Source of the DNA: an uncultured virus (IMG/VR IMGVR_UViG_2927661242_000003)
Taxonomy: Duplodnaviria; Heunggongvirae; Uroviricota; Caudoviricetes
Direction: 5' to 3' (one strand)
IMG/VR virus record: IMGVR_UViG_2927661242_000003
Length of the DNA: 64,000 bases
The notes under the pieces were generated by a model. The model saw only the letters and a program-made list of their open reading frames with translations. It searched no databases and had not been told where the DNA came from. The translations under genes and the position numbers were made by a program. Position 1 is the first letter of the stretch; the number at the start of each line of letters is the position of its first letter. Shown here in pieces: positions 47,081-56,717 of this stretch.

Positions 47081-47732
47081 GGTTACTCCCTCGCAGGTAC
47101 TTCTGCAGTTCGTAGTTCAGTTCCTGCTCCAGGATCACCAGCAGGCGTTCATCCGCACGTTTCACCCACTCGTTGAAGCTCGGGCGCACGTCATCGAGCG
47201 ACACTTTGGCTTTGGCCAGGGGGAAGCGATTGTCCTGCTCAGACACCCAGCCCGCCCCCGAGCCGAGGCCCGAGATATCGCTTTCGGGGTAGTCCCTCGC
47301 GTTGAAGTGCTTGCTACTGGTCCGAATCCAGATATCGGCCTTGCCGCCATAGACGCGCTTGAAGAACGCACCTTGATAACGCCGCCCCGCCACCGATACA
47401 CCGGTTCGATTCTGGCGGGCCCGACCGATCCGGCTCGACTCAATCGGGTTGATGCCGAACCACAGGCGCCCCTGCCCGTTGCCGTTGACCGAGTACGCCC
47501 GCAGGCGTTGGCGAACAGCGCCGACCACGATCCGTTCCTTGGCGCTGACCGCCCGGGCGATATGGGTTCGCAGCCAACCCAAGGTCTTGTTGATCGCTCG
47601 CCGCTGGGCGGCCGCAGCGGCCTTGGGCACCAGGGCCGCGAAGTCCTGGAACGCCCGCAGATCGGCGGCCGACGATTGCAAGGTGATCATCCCGTGCTGG
47701 GAAGCCACCCGAGCATAGCTACCGACGTTCAT
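47073..47732 (-). CDS. Minor tail protein, gpZ-like
   Basis: Basic; RRAINKTLGWL and LWFGINP motifs; position. Confidence 0.7.
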   Translation of the reverse strand: MNVGSYARVASQHGMITLQSSAADLRAFQDFAALVPKAAAAAQRRAINKTLGWLRTHIARAVSAKERIVVGAVRQRLRAYSVNGNGQGRLWFGINPIESSRIGRARQNRTGVSVAGRRYQGAFFKRVYGGKADIWIRTSSKHFNARDYPESDISGLGSGAGWVSEQDNRFPLAKAKVSLDDVRPSFNEWVKRADERLLVILEQELNYELQKYLRGSNRV

Positions 47733-48049
47733 GGTTTCGCCCTCAGAATCAGCGCCACCCAACCGGCCTGAGCCGGGTCGACGCGCACCAGGTCATAGTT
47801 GCCGCCACCATCTTGGGCCGGCAGATCAATCGACACCTGCCGGCCAGAGGTGATACCCACGGCATCGCTGACACGGATCTCAAAACGTGGCTCACGCAAC
47901 CCGGTGTTGATTTGCCCCAGCTTCGGCCGTAACCAGGGCGCGGCAAGAAATCCGGGCACCGGCTGGGCTATGCCCTCGATCACCGCTTCATCACCGAGAA
48001 CGTCCAGCAGCCGTGCATCCATCATTGACACGCGGTCGCGAAAGGACAT
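47729..48049 (-). CDS. Head-tail joining protein
   Basis: MSFRD..., C-terminal GWVALIL; position after the capsid gene. Confidence 0.65.
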   Translation of the reverse strand: MSFRDRVSMMDARLLDVLGDEAVIEGIAQPVPGFLAAPWLRPKLGQINTGLREPRFEIRVSDAVGITSGRQVSIDLPAQDGGGNYDLVRVDPAQAGWVALILRAKP

Positions 48050-48051
48050 GA

Positions 48052-48228
48052 TCAATCGTCCCCTGGCTGCTCGGCGTCCAGCTTCCCGCGCTTGGCGATC
48101 TTGCCTTCTTCCAGCAACAGATCCCGAACCTCGGTGTTGGGCGGGTCGTAGACGTCGCCCTTCTTGACGATCTGGCTGCCATCCTGAATGCAACCGTCCA
48201 CCACCACGTATTCAACTTTCGCGGCCAT
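48052..48228 (-). CDS. Small head-associated protein
   Basis: 58-aa ORF tightly packed after the capsid gene. Confidence 0.55.
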   Translation of the reverse strand: MAAKVEYVVVDGCIQDGSQIVKKGDVYDPPNTEVRDLLLEEGKIAKRGKLDAEQPGDD

Positions 48229-48229
48229 G

Positions 48230-49264
48230 TCACACCACCTTTGCGTAGATAAAGGCGTTCGGCTCCAACAGGCCGGCCAGGGGTGCACTCTGAAGTTTCA
48301 GCCAGCGCCGGCTCGGCTCCTGGGTCACCCAGCTTTTCGGGAAACGAGCAGCCTCGACCAGACCACTCTCGATGGCATCGAGGTCCTGAATTGCGCCGTA
48401 CAGCATCGCGTTTCGGGTGCCAGTAGAACCCAGGATCAACCCGCCGGCAGGAATCATTGGCGATTCACCATCGCCCTCATCCTCAAGAAACCACTCGTTG
48501 TAGACATACAAGTCCACGCCTGGATCGTTCAGGTAGCCCAAGTAGGTCACGCCATCAGGCAGCAGTTCGGGCTTGATCATCCCCATGTCGACCCGACGGC
48601 TGTTGAGCTGATCGAGAACCGTTTTATTGCTTTGGAAGGCGTCCTGCGCTTCGGCACTCAGTACCGCCACGCTCGCTGTGCGACCAGAGTCCTTGGCCAC
48701 CAGGCGTTGCCACTGGCGAAGGTTGCCAATGGGGTCGGAAGCCGAGGCGTTCCAGCGGCCTTGCCCGAGGGTAATCTTGTGGCTGTCCTCCATCTGAAAA
48801 TCGATGGTGTCATCCACTCCCTCTCCAATGACGCGGACCTTGCCGGTGGTCAGCGCCTGCGCGCACATCCACTCCTCGCGACGGACGATCTGCTCGTCAA
48901 GATCCCGAAGGTCCCGCCCCAGTTGCTCGCCCGCCCGCTCCAAGGGAGTGCGAGTAGAGAATGGGTTCTCACCGGCCGCACGTTTGAGGATCAGGTCAGC
49001 ATTGGTTGGCAACTTGGGCTGGATGTACGGCGGCTCGTAGGTGTTCGATACAAAGCCCTTACGGGAAGCAACGCTACCCGGAAGCGAAGGATGAACAAAC
49101 GGCGCCATCCTGCGCTGGCCCTTGACGATATCGATCGTCACCGTTTTGGTGCCGAAGGTCTGCGGAACCGAACCATTGAAGAAGGTGTTCATCAGAAAGC
49201 GACGCGGCGGCGTAATCTGCTCGACCGCTTCCAGCATGGTCAGGGTGTCGAAAATGTCAGTCAT
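48230..49264 (-). CDS. Major capsid protein (lambda gpE family)
   Basis: FLMNTFF, MAPFV, REEWMCAQAL and QSAPL motifs. Confidence 0.92.
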   Translation of the reverse strand: MTDIFDTLTMLEAVEQITPPRRFLMNTFFNGSVPQTFGTKTVTIDIVKGQRRMAPFVHPSLPGSVASRKGFVSNTYEPPYIQPKLPTNADLILKRAAGENPFSTRTPLERAGEQLGRDLRDLDEQIVRREEWMCAQALTTGKVRVIGEGVDDTIDFQMEDSHKITLGQGRWNASASDPIGNLRQWQRLVAKDSGRTASVAVLSAEAQDAFQSNKTVLDQLNSRRVDMGMIKPELLPDGVTYLGYLNDPGVDLYVYNEWFLEDEGDGESPMIPAGGLILGSTGTRNAMLYGAIQDLDAIESGLVEAARFPKSWVTQEPSRRWLKLQSAPLAGLLEPNAFIYAKVV

Positions 49265-49275
49265 GATGGCTCCGG

Positions 49276-49626
49276 TCAGCGAATGAAAATGCACAGGGGA
49301 CGCAGGGCAGCCTTGGCATCAGCCAAGGTCAGGCCTTCGCCCAGGATGAGTTGCTTGCCCAGCACCTGCCCGGTCAAGCGGATGGGAGCGCCCTTGGCGC
49401 CCTCGGTGGTGTCCACGTCTTGATCGAGGATGGCCACTGGGGTTTTCGAGCCATCCTCAGCAGCAGCCTTGCACAGCACATATTCCTTGGAGGCCGCCAC
49501 CTGGCCCAGCACCGCGCCGGCCAGCAGCTTTTGGCCAACAGCGATCACCCCGGCCTCGACAACAATGGGGAAGTCGCCAGCCGTGATCTGGCGGGGTGTG
49601 TAAGTGTCGCGTTTAGGGTTAGTCAT
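49276..49626 (-). CDS. Head decoration protein (gpD-like)
   Basis: GAVLG and DGSKTPVAIL motifs; between protease and capsid. Confidence 0.85.
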   Translation of the reverse strand: MTNPKRDTYTPRQITAGDFPIVVEAGVIAVGQKLLAGAVLGQVAASKEYVLCKAAAEDGSKTPVAILDQDVDTTEGAKGAPIRLTGQVLGKQLILGEGLTLADAKAALRPLCIFIR

Positions 49627-49634
49627 GGGATCTC

Positions 49635-50858
49635 CTAACGGCGCGAGGCGCCAACAACGATTGCGCTAACAGCCGCCTTACGCTCGGCCTCTTTGCTGTC
49701 GCCGGCCGGGGTGGTGCCGGACACGCCCTGGGCATCGCTCTTGATACCCTGAAGCGAAATGCCCCGGTCCTGGGCCGCCTTGAACAGCACCAGGGCGGTG
49801 GCCTCGACCGTGCTGCCGTTATCGATGGCGGCTTCGATCTCCGTTTCGAAGCCTTTGCTGGCCAGGGCGTTGATGCCCTTGATGCGCTCGCGCTCGACCG
49901 TCGCGGCCTCGGTGCGAATCGCGCCCAGGTCCGGCTGGGAGGCCTGGGCAATTTCGATGGTGGCGGGGTCGGTGCCGGCTGCCAGAGCTGTGCGCAGCTC
50001 AGCCGTAGTCGTGACGGTGGTCATGGTGTGTATCCTTGGGTTGGTGGTGATGGCCGGCTTGGCCAGTTCGGTGATCAGTGCTTCCAGCGAGCCCACGCGA
50101 TGGGCCAGGCCGTGCTGGACGGCGTCGGCACCGACGCGCAACCCGCCGTGATCGCCCATCTCGGGGACCGTCTCAGCGGCAACGCCCAGGTTGCGGGCAA
50201 CCTTGCCCACAAACACCTCGCCCAGGGCGTCGATGGTTTCGCCGATCTTGGCCCGGCCCTCTTCGGTGGCCAGGTCTGGGCGCTTGTTCGGGGCGTTGCG
50301 GCTGACGATCTGGTATCGCTTGCGCCCGGTGGCGTTCTCACCCTCCACCACGGCCTCGACCACAACACCGATGCTGCCGGCAAGGCTGGCCTCGTCGATC
50401 ACGATTTCGCTGGCCGCCGAAGCGATCCAATAGCCCGCACTGGCGCCCGTGCCGCCGATGTACGAAACGATCCGCTTACGGTCGCGGCCGGCGTAGATCA
50501 GCTCGGCCAGCTCGTTGATGCCAGATGCCACGCCGCCCGGGCTGTCGATGTTCAGGACAATGGCCTTGATCTTGGGGTCATCCAGCGCCTGCTGAATGTC
50601 CGTGGCCAGCACCTGGGTACTGGTCGCCCCGCTGATTTCGGTAAAGAGATTGGCGTAGCGAAAGATCGGCCCCACCACCGGCACCACGGCCACACCGTTG
50701 CGCACGGTGACCTGGCGGGTGTTCTCCAGCCGTTCGCCGCGCTTGGCTTCCAGGGCCATCGGATCGCCCAGCCGGTCGGATATGGCCAGCAGGTTATCCA
50801 GGGCAGCAGGCAGCATCAGCCAGGGCTGCGAGGCAGCCAGCTCGAATGCTCGCGACAT
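49635..50858 (-). CDS. S49 capsid maturation protease/scaffold (gpC-like)
   Basis: IDSPGG, ASAGYWIAS and GSIGV motifs. Confidence 0.92.
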   Translation of the reverse strand: MSRAFELAASQPWLMLPAALDNLLAISDRLGDPMALEAKRGERLENTRQVTVRNGVAVVPVVGPIFRYANLFTEISGATSTQVLATDIQQALDDPKIKAIVLNIDSPGGVASGINELAELIYAGRDRKRIVSYIGGTGASAGYWIASAASEIVIDEASLAGSIGVVVEAVVEGENATGRKRYQIVSRNAPNKRPDLATEEGRAKIGETIDALGEVFVGKVARNLGVAAETVPEMGDHGGLRVGADAVQHGLAHRVGSLEALITELAKPAITTNPRIHTMTTVTTTAELRTALAAGTDPATIEIAQASQPDLGAIRTEAATVERERIKGINALASKGFETEIEAAIDNGSTVEATALVLFKAAQDRGISLQGIKSDAQGVSGTTPAGDSKEAERKAAVSAIVVGASRR

Positions 50859-50860
50859 GG

Positions 50861-52474
50861 TTAATCCTCTTTGGGTTCAGGGTCAGGCGCGTTTTCCAGC
50901 CCACCTTTGGGCAGCGCTTGCAGGTTGTTTTTGCGCCGCTGCTCGACTTCGCGCACGCGCTGGCGGAACACCTGTTGCCAGGGCTCGCCAGTCATGGCCG
51001 CGGTTTCCAAGGTTTCGTTGCTCACACCGATCTCGATTCGCTTGCCGGCGGCGTTGGCCTCTTTCAACTCGTCGATGGCGCCTCGGGCTGGGCCGATCCA
51101 TAGCGCCTGGCAATACGCCTTGCGCTTGGCTGGGTCGCTGTAGCCAGGCAGATCGATCAGCCCTCGGGCCACCGCTTCATCGATCACCAGTTCACGGCTG
51201 GGCTGGCAGAAGTCACAGGCCAGCCACCAGCGCCGCAAGCTGTAGAAGCGCCACGCCTGGAGCATCGCGGCCCGGGCGGCGCTGTAGCTGCTGCTGTAGT
51301 GCAACAGCAACTCCTCTAGGGGCAGCTCCAGGGCGGCGCCGATCTCCTTCACCACGGCCGAGAAGAACGGATCGAACTGAGCGTTTGGCCGGCCTGGGTT
51401 GGCCACCACCGGTTCTTCACCCACTCCGAGATCCACGACGGCGCCTTCACCCAGGCTCAACTCACCGTCCGAAGTGTTGTCGCCCCCGGGCTGTTCATCG
51501 GACAAGGCCGTCATCGGCAGATTGCTCGTTGGGAACTCGGAGCTTTTCTTGATGAACACGGTGAACATTGCCGAAATCACCGCCGCCATCAGCTCGGCAC
51601 TGCTGTAGCGCTCCAGCTTCTGCAACGGCTCCAGCACCGGGGCCAGGTAGGGCATGCCGCGCTTCTGGCCGGGCCGCTCCTTGTCCGCGAGGACGTGCAG
51701 CACTCGGCGGCGTCCGGTCACAGCACCGAAGGCGGTCAACCGCTCCCAAGCCAGAGTGCGCCCGGCCAGGTGTTCGCCGGGATAGCCGGTGCAGACGTGG
51801 TAAGCAATCGGTGCACCCAGGCCGTCGAACTCGACGCCGTCGACCAGGTCGACCCGATCCAGCCCGCCGTTCGGGTTGCTCACCCGGTCGGCCTCGATCA
51901 GTTGTAGCCGGGTGCTGAACACACAGCCGGCGCGCTCCTGGTCCGGGCTGGCCACCAGTACATCCCCCGCCACCAACGACGACACCAGCACCAGGGCCTG
52001 GAGCTGGTAGTGGTTCAAGGTGGCCTCGGCATCACACTCGCGAGGGTCATCGGCGTACAACGACCAGACCCGATCCAGCTCGCCGTTGAGCGCGTCGCCC
52101 TGCTCCTCGGTCAAGCCCAGCGCTTCGTGGTCGACCTGGGCCCGACACACCAACCCGGTGCCCACCACGTTGGTGCGCAGCCGGGTGATGGCTGCCCGGG
52201 CGATCAGGTGATTGCGCATCGCATCGCGAGAGCGCGCCACCAGCATGCGCCGCTCGCCCTGGTTGAAGTCACGGCGAGGACTACCCAAACCAGGTATCCA
52301 ACTGGCCATGCTGCGCAGCATCCGCGAGGCGCCACGCCAGCGCGTTTCAACACCACCGCCGCCGCCCTGGGCGACGATCTGCCCGCCGTCAACCGAAGCT
52401 CGGGCCACCTTAATGGCCTCGTGCATCAGTTGCTCGGCCGGTGCCTCTCGGCTACGGAATGGCCACATGATCAA
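50861..52474 (-). CDS. Portal protein (lambda family)
   Basis: ARSRDAMRN, ERPGQKRG and SYSAARA motifs. Confidence 0.93.
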   Translation of the reverse strand: MIMWPFRSREAPAEQLMHEAIKVARASVDGGQIVAQGGGGGVETRWRGASRMLRSMASWIPGLGSPRRDFNQGERRMLVARSRDAMRNHLIARAAITRLRTNVVGTGLVCRAQVDHEALGLTEEQGDALNGELDRVWSLYADDPRECDAEATLNHYQLQALVLVSSLVAGDVLVASPDQERAGCVFSTRLQLIEADRVSNPNGGLDRVDLVDGVEFDGLGAPIAYHVCTGYPGEHLAGRTLAWERLTAFGAVTGRRRVLHVLADKERPGQKRGMPYLAPVLEPLQKLERYSSAELMAAVISAMFTVFIKKSSEFPTSNLPMTALSDEQPGGDNTSDGELSLGEGAVVDLGVGEEPVVANPGRPNAQFDPFFSAVVKEIGAALELPLEELLLHYSSSYSAARAAMLQAWRFYSLRRWWLACDFCQPSRELVIDEAVARGLIDLPGYSDPAKRKAYCQALWIGPARGAIDELKEANAAGKRIEIGVSNETLETAAMTGEPWQQVFRQRVREVEQRRKNNLQALPKGGLENAPDPEPKED

Positions 52475-52686
52475 ATCCCCATGTAGGAAACGCGACTACG
52501 GCCACGCCCCTGGAGCGCGGCCTGCTCGGCGGCGACATCAGCGACGTACTGTCTTTCCAGCAGCCGCAAGCTGTTGAGTTCGGCCAGCTGGATCTCACGA
52601 TCAGCCCGGCGCAGGCGCTGGCCTGTTTGCAGGACAGCCGAGATCGCCGCCCTGACTTCCACCAGGCGTTGTTGTGCATCAGTCAT
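52471..52686 (-). CDS. Head completion protein gpW-like
   Basis: 71 aa between terminase and portal. Confidence 0.75.
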   Translation of the reverse strand: MTDAQQRLVEVRAAISAVLQTGQRLRRADREIQLAELNSLRLLERQYVADVAAEQAALQGRGRSRVSYMGI

Positions 52687-52701
52687 GTTGAACCTCAGTG
52701 G

Positions 52702-54708
52702 TTAGCCGACTCGGCTCCGGGTGCCCCTGCCGCGGCTCACTGCGCGGCGCGGAACCGGGGCTACCGCCTGCTCGGTGGTAAAGAGGGTGGGTTGGAGCAG
52801 CTGCTGCTCCAGTTGGTCCCATTCGTTGTCGCGCAGCAGGTGCGTCTTCAGGCTTCGGGCCGCGTGCAGCGCGTACACCTCACAGTCCAGCGCTTCGTTG
52901 CGCCGGCCGGCCTTCTTCTGCCAGACCATCTTGCTGGGCTGGCGGGGATGTGGGGCCAGCACCTCGTTGGTGACCTGCTCGTAATAGTCCGCGCGGATCT
53001 CGCTGTACCAATGCATCCGGCCGGGCCCGTTGCCGGTGAGCCGCATCCGGCCATCGATCAGCGTCTTGGCCTTGTGCGTGCCAACGATGAACACCCGCAG
53101 CCCGTACTTGGCGGCCTTGGTGTTGTCCTGGGTGGTGTCTGCGGACTGCGCCGGCTTGGTGAAGATCTCCCGGTCCCGGCTGTCGATGGACGCGCCCTTG
53201 ATCGCCATGATGTTGAAGCGCTGCCGGTCCCGCACGTAGGTGTACACCGCATCACTGGTGTTGCCGTCCGAGCTGTCGAGGCTCACCGCCGACACCGCGA
53301 TCTGGGCGCCGCCATCCACCGGAATCGGTGTAGCAATGATCTTGTCTAGTTCGGACCAAACTGAGTCATGCGGGTCTATCGGGTTGCCCGGAAGCTCACC
53401 CCAGTACAACCGCCACGACTCCTCCCCCCTGCCCCAGCCCACGATCACCAGGGCCAGGCGGTCGCCCTGGACGTCCACACCCACCGTCACCAGTAGCACG
53501 CCCCTGGGCGCGGTCAGTTCGGCGTAGGGCTCGGCGCGCTTCTCCAGGTCGTCGGTCTTGGGCGCGTTGCCCTTGTACTCGTAGCTTTCACCCATCGAGC
53601 TGTTGGTGAAGGCGATCATAGGGCCAATGTTGCCGTTCGAGGCGGCATGCTCGGCCTGCAGCTTCTTCTCCATCAGGACTTCGAAGCGTGAGCCGTGGAA
53701 AGTGGCATACAGCTCGTTGATAATGTAACCCGCGATCCCGCGAAACTCGGTAGTCGCTTCCCAGCGGCCGTGCTTGAGGTTCGCGTTCTTCTGGTGGTCA
53801 TCCCAGATGGCGCTGCAATGCGGGCAGACATAGAACGCCGTTTCGGGGCGGCGCTTGCCATAGACCTCATGGAAATAGTGCGGATCTTCATCGCAGTGCA
53901 GATGTTCGAAGCTCAGGGCGTGGGCCTGCCCGCATTCGTGACACGGCACCAGGCCGATACGCTTGTCCGACAGCTCCAGCTCAGCATCGATTGCCGACAG
54001 CCCCTTGATGGTCGGGGTGCCGCCGATGATGATCTTGGAGCGGCGGAAGGTCTTCAAACGCTCCTTGGCCAACTTGATGCTGTCCCCCTGCCCCCTCAAG
54101 TTGAGGTTGCAATCGTCGGGCTCCTCCACCGCCACCCGAGGCACCGGCGTCGACTTCACGCTGGCCGGGCTGTTGGACCCGACCATTTTCAGGAAACCAC
54201 CGGGAAAGCGCTTGAAGTCCTGGCGCTGCTGCAGCTTGCGGCTGCGCAGGTCGACCTTCTTTCGCAGCCGTGGGGTTGCCTCGATCATTGGTTCCAGCTT
54301 CTCGGCCACATACTGCTTGGCGGCTTCGGCCTTGGGAAATAGGATCAGGATCGGCGAAGGGTCTAGGTCGATCCACTTGCCGATGGCATTACCCATCACC
54401 CCCGAGGTCCAGGCAACCTGGGCCGACTTGCGACCGACGATCTCGACCACGTTCGGATCGTCCAGCGCTTCAAGCGGGCCGCCTGGCCAGATCAGGTGGG
54501 GCGTCTTGTCAAAGCGGTACTTACCCGGGGTTGCGGACTCCTCCGGAGCCAGCCAACGGAACCGGTCGGCCCACTCGATAACGCTCATGCGTGGCGGCGG
54601 GGCCCACTTGCGACAGGCCCGGCGCATGCCCTTAATCGCCGTTTTCTTCAGCGCCTTCCGCGTCGTCTGGCTGGTCAAGATCCCCATCGAGATCGCCATC
54701 GTCCTCAT
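52702..54708 (-). CDS. Terminase large subunit (lambda gpA family); true start may be slightly downstream
   Basis: KSAQVAWT, GTPTIKG, GVDVQ and RNEALDC motifs. Confidence 0.93.
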   Translation of the reverse strand: MRTMAISMGILTSQTTRKALKKTAIKGMRRACRKWAPPPRMSVIEWADRFRWLAPEESATPGKYRFDKTPHLIWPGGPLEALDDPNVVEIVGRKSAQVAWTSGVMGNAIGKWIDLDPSPILILFPKAEAAKQYVAEKLEPMIEATPRLRKKVDLRSRKLQQRQDFKRFPGGFLKMVGSNSPASVKSTPVPRVAVEEPDDCNLNLRGQGDSIKLAKERLKTFRRSKIIIGGTPTIKGLSAIDAELELSDKRIGLVPCHECGQAHALSFEHLHCDEDPHYFHEVYGKRRPETAFYVCPHCSAIWDDHQKNANLKHGRWEATTEFRGIAGYIINELYATFHGSRFEVLMEKKLQAEHAASNGNIGPMIAFTNSSMGESYEYKGNAPKTDDLEKRAEPYAELTAPRGVLLVTVGVDVQGDRLALVIVGWGRGEESWRLYWGELPGNPIDPHDSVWSELDKIIATPIPVDGGAQIAVSAVSLDSSDGNTSDAVYTYVRDRQRFNIMAIKGASIDSRDREIFTKPAQSADTTQDNTKAAKYGLRVFIVGTHKAKTLIDGRMRLTGNGPGRMHWYSEIRADYYEQVTNEVLAPHPRQPSKMVWQKKAGRRNEALDCEVYALHAARSLKTHLLRDNEWDQLEQQLLQPTLFTTEQAVAPVPRRAVSRGRGTRSRVG

Positions 54709-55153
54709 AGGCGGACAACCTCCTCAGTATCAGTTCGATGGGCTCACGAACCAGTTGATCGTCCACCTCGACGCCGTAGCGAGCGGACAAGGTGGCCGCC
54801 AGTTCATCAGGAAAGGTGTTGAGCAGTTCGATCTTGGCAGCGGTGATTACCGCTTCGAAGCGCTGGACGATCTCGGCTTCAATCACGACCTCGCCCAGGT
54901 CCTTGGCCAGCGCCAGCTCCTCGCGGTCGCCGCGTATCCTGTCGAGCCGGTCACGGGTGGATTCCTTCTTGCCATTCAAGGCCGCTTGGCGCATCAGCCA
55001 CTCGATCACCGCCTGGGTGTCGTACTGGTTCTCGTTGCCGCGCCCTACCCCGAACTCGATAACCGGCATACCTTCGTTCTGCCACCGACTCAGGGTGCGT
55101 TCATCACGACCGACGATCTCGGCGAGTTCCAGTTTGCTGACTGTCTTGCCCAT
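54632..55153 (-). CDS. Terminase small subunit (Nu1-like)
   Basis: wHTH VSKLELAEIVG..RTLSRWQ..GMP..YDT..VIEW. Confidence 0.9.
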   Translation of the reverse strand: MGKTVSKLELAEIVGRDERTLSRWQNEGMPVIEFGVGRGNENQYDTQAVIEWLMRQAALNGKKESTRDRLDRIRGDREELALAKDLGEVVIEAEIVQRFEAVITAAKIELLNTFPDELAATLSARYGVEVDDQLVREPIELILRRLSAYEDDGDLDGDLDQPDDAEGAEENGD

Positions 55154-55302
55154 TGCTAAGTCCTTGAAAAGACGGACATCCCTGCACCAATCTCAGCTGC
55201 AGGGAAACCGCGAGTTCGCTAACCCGTGTAGGGGCCGGCCCCGGGGGAGGACCCAAAAATCTGGAAATCCGGCCCAGCCCGCCAGGGCCTCGCCCCTACC
55301 AT

Positions 55303-55644
55303 TCAGGCCGTCCCGCCGCTGGGTGGCTGCTCCGAGACGCCGATCCGCTTCGCCGCCCACCGCTCGTACAGGCCAATTGCAACATCCGCCCCGGCCATCG
55401 CCGTCAGGCAGCCGAAGGCGCCCGCCGTCCAAATCGACACACCGGCGCCGATCAGAAGCATCATTGCTGCCATACCGCAGACGATGCAGGCACCGGACCG
55501 CAGCGCGAGACGACGCACCAGGGCCCAACCTCGCGCCCCTTCCTTGTCTGCTCGCCACATCTCCCCGGAAACCCCGCCCACCAGGGAAAGAACGATCACC
55601 AACCAGATCGGCATCTCTGCCAGCGCTTGTTGCTCATTAGTCAT
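55303..55644 (-). CDS. Holin
   Basis: Paralogue of 26718-27068. Confidence 0.9.
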   Translation of the reverse strand: MTNEQQALAEMPIWLVIVLSLVGGVSGEMWRADKEGARGWALVRRLALRSGACIVCGMAAMMLLIGAGVSIWTAGAFGCLTAMAGADVAIGLYERWAAKRIGVSEQPPSGGTA

Positions 55645-55679
55645 GTTGTGCCTCGAATGATTGAGCGCGGCAGACGCCG

Positions 55680-55715
55680 AAAAAAGAAAACCCCGCCAGG
55701 GAAGGCAGGGTTTTC
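55680..55715 (-). terminator. Terminator upstream of the holin (late leader)
   Basis: GAAAACCC.GCC/GGC.GGGTTTTC stem plus T-run on the minus strand. Confidence 0.65.
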
Positions 55716-55906
55716 AGTGTCCTGGCTTGCGCCAAGGCGGGGTGCACAGCACGTGCTCGGTGAGCGCCAAGGCGCAAATTGCATATCGTGGGGACTTTTT
55801 ACCCCTCTCCGGAAAAACCGAAAAGGGGTCATTTTCGGTTGTTCAACTCCACGCAACTTTGACGCAACTTTGGCTCACCTTTGAGGTAAACCACCCCGAC
55901 GAACGG

Positions 55907-56389
55907 TCAGCAGGCTTGCCGGCGTTTCACCGTCGAAACCCGGGTCAGATCCGTTTCAGCATGCCCACTGCGGCGAGTGATACCGCGTGTCGTAGCGCTG
56001 CGCACGGTGAGAATGAGCTGCACCTGCTGATGCAGCCGATGAACCCAGTTTCGGTAGGTCCGATCAGCATCCTCAGATAGCCCCAGCAGCGCCAACTGAG
56101 CGCGAACAGTCAGGGGCCTTTCCGGCAGGTAACGGTTGTACGCCAGCTTGGCCAACTGGGCGCCCTTCTCTGATTGGCGCTCAAGTTGTGCAAGCGCCGC
56201 TGCAACTTCGCAGGCAATGTGATCCATACCGGCACCACCACCAGGCAAGCGAGGCCCCGGCGTGCCACGGGGAGCGCTGCCACCCCACTCCATGATCGTC
56301 GCCATTGGGCTGCCCAGCCCGCCGCCTTCACCAAGCCGGCAGCACTGGTGGCCCCAATGCTTCATCAGTTCTTCGATTTCCTCAATCAT
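55907..56389 (-). CDS. Putative late regulator/antiterminator (PA0613-like, Q position)
   Basis: IEELMKHWG...SPMATIMEW.G..PRGT; C-terminal RTYRNWVHRLH HTH-like segment; between replication and late genes. Confidence 0.6.
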   Translation of the reverse strand: MIEEIEELMKHWGHQCCRLGEGGGLGSPMATIMEWGGSAPRGTPGPRLPGGGAGMDHIACEVAAALAQLERQSEKGAQLAKLAYNRYLPERPLTVRAQLALLGLSEDADRTYRNWVHRLHQQVQLILTVRSATTRGITRRSGHAETDLTRVSTVKRRQAC

Positions 56390-56410
56390 CGCGCCATCCC
56401 CCTGGAAATC

Positions 56411-56706
56411 GAACCCGACACAAAAAACGCCATACCCAACACAAACCCAACACAAATAAATCCCTTTAAAATCAATATCTTTATCAACTTTGAGTTAGGT
56501 GTGTTGGGTGTGTTGGGTTTATCGGTCCTCGCATGAGAAGGAATTCCAGCGCCACGTTCACCAACAAAGAACGTCACGCATGCGCGCATGCGAAGCAAAA
56601 CCCAACACACCCAACACACAGCCCGCAAACCCGCGAAATTGAAGGGCAAAACCTGTGTTGGGTTTGCAATATCGACCCGACACACAACCAACACACCCGA
56701 CACACA
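56411..56706. repeat. Iteron cluster ACCC(A/G)ACACA, putative replication origin
   Basis: About 11 copies in direct and inverted orientation around an AT-rich stretch (56455-56495), just after the primase-helicase. Confidence 0.75.
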
Positions 56707-56717
56707 TTCAGACGCAG

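Noticed and set aside
55160..55300. cos site upstream of the small terminase
   Set aside because: The position is plausible but I could not identify cohesive-end sequence
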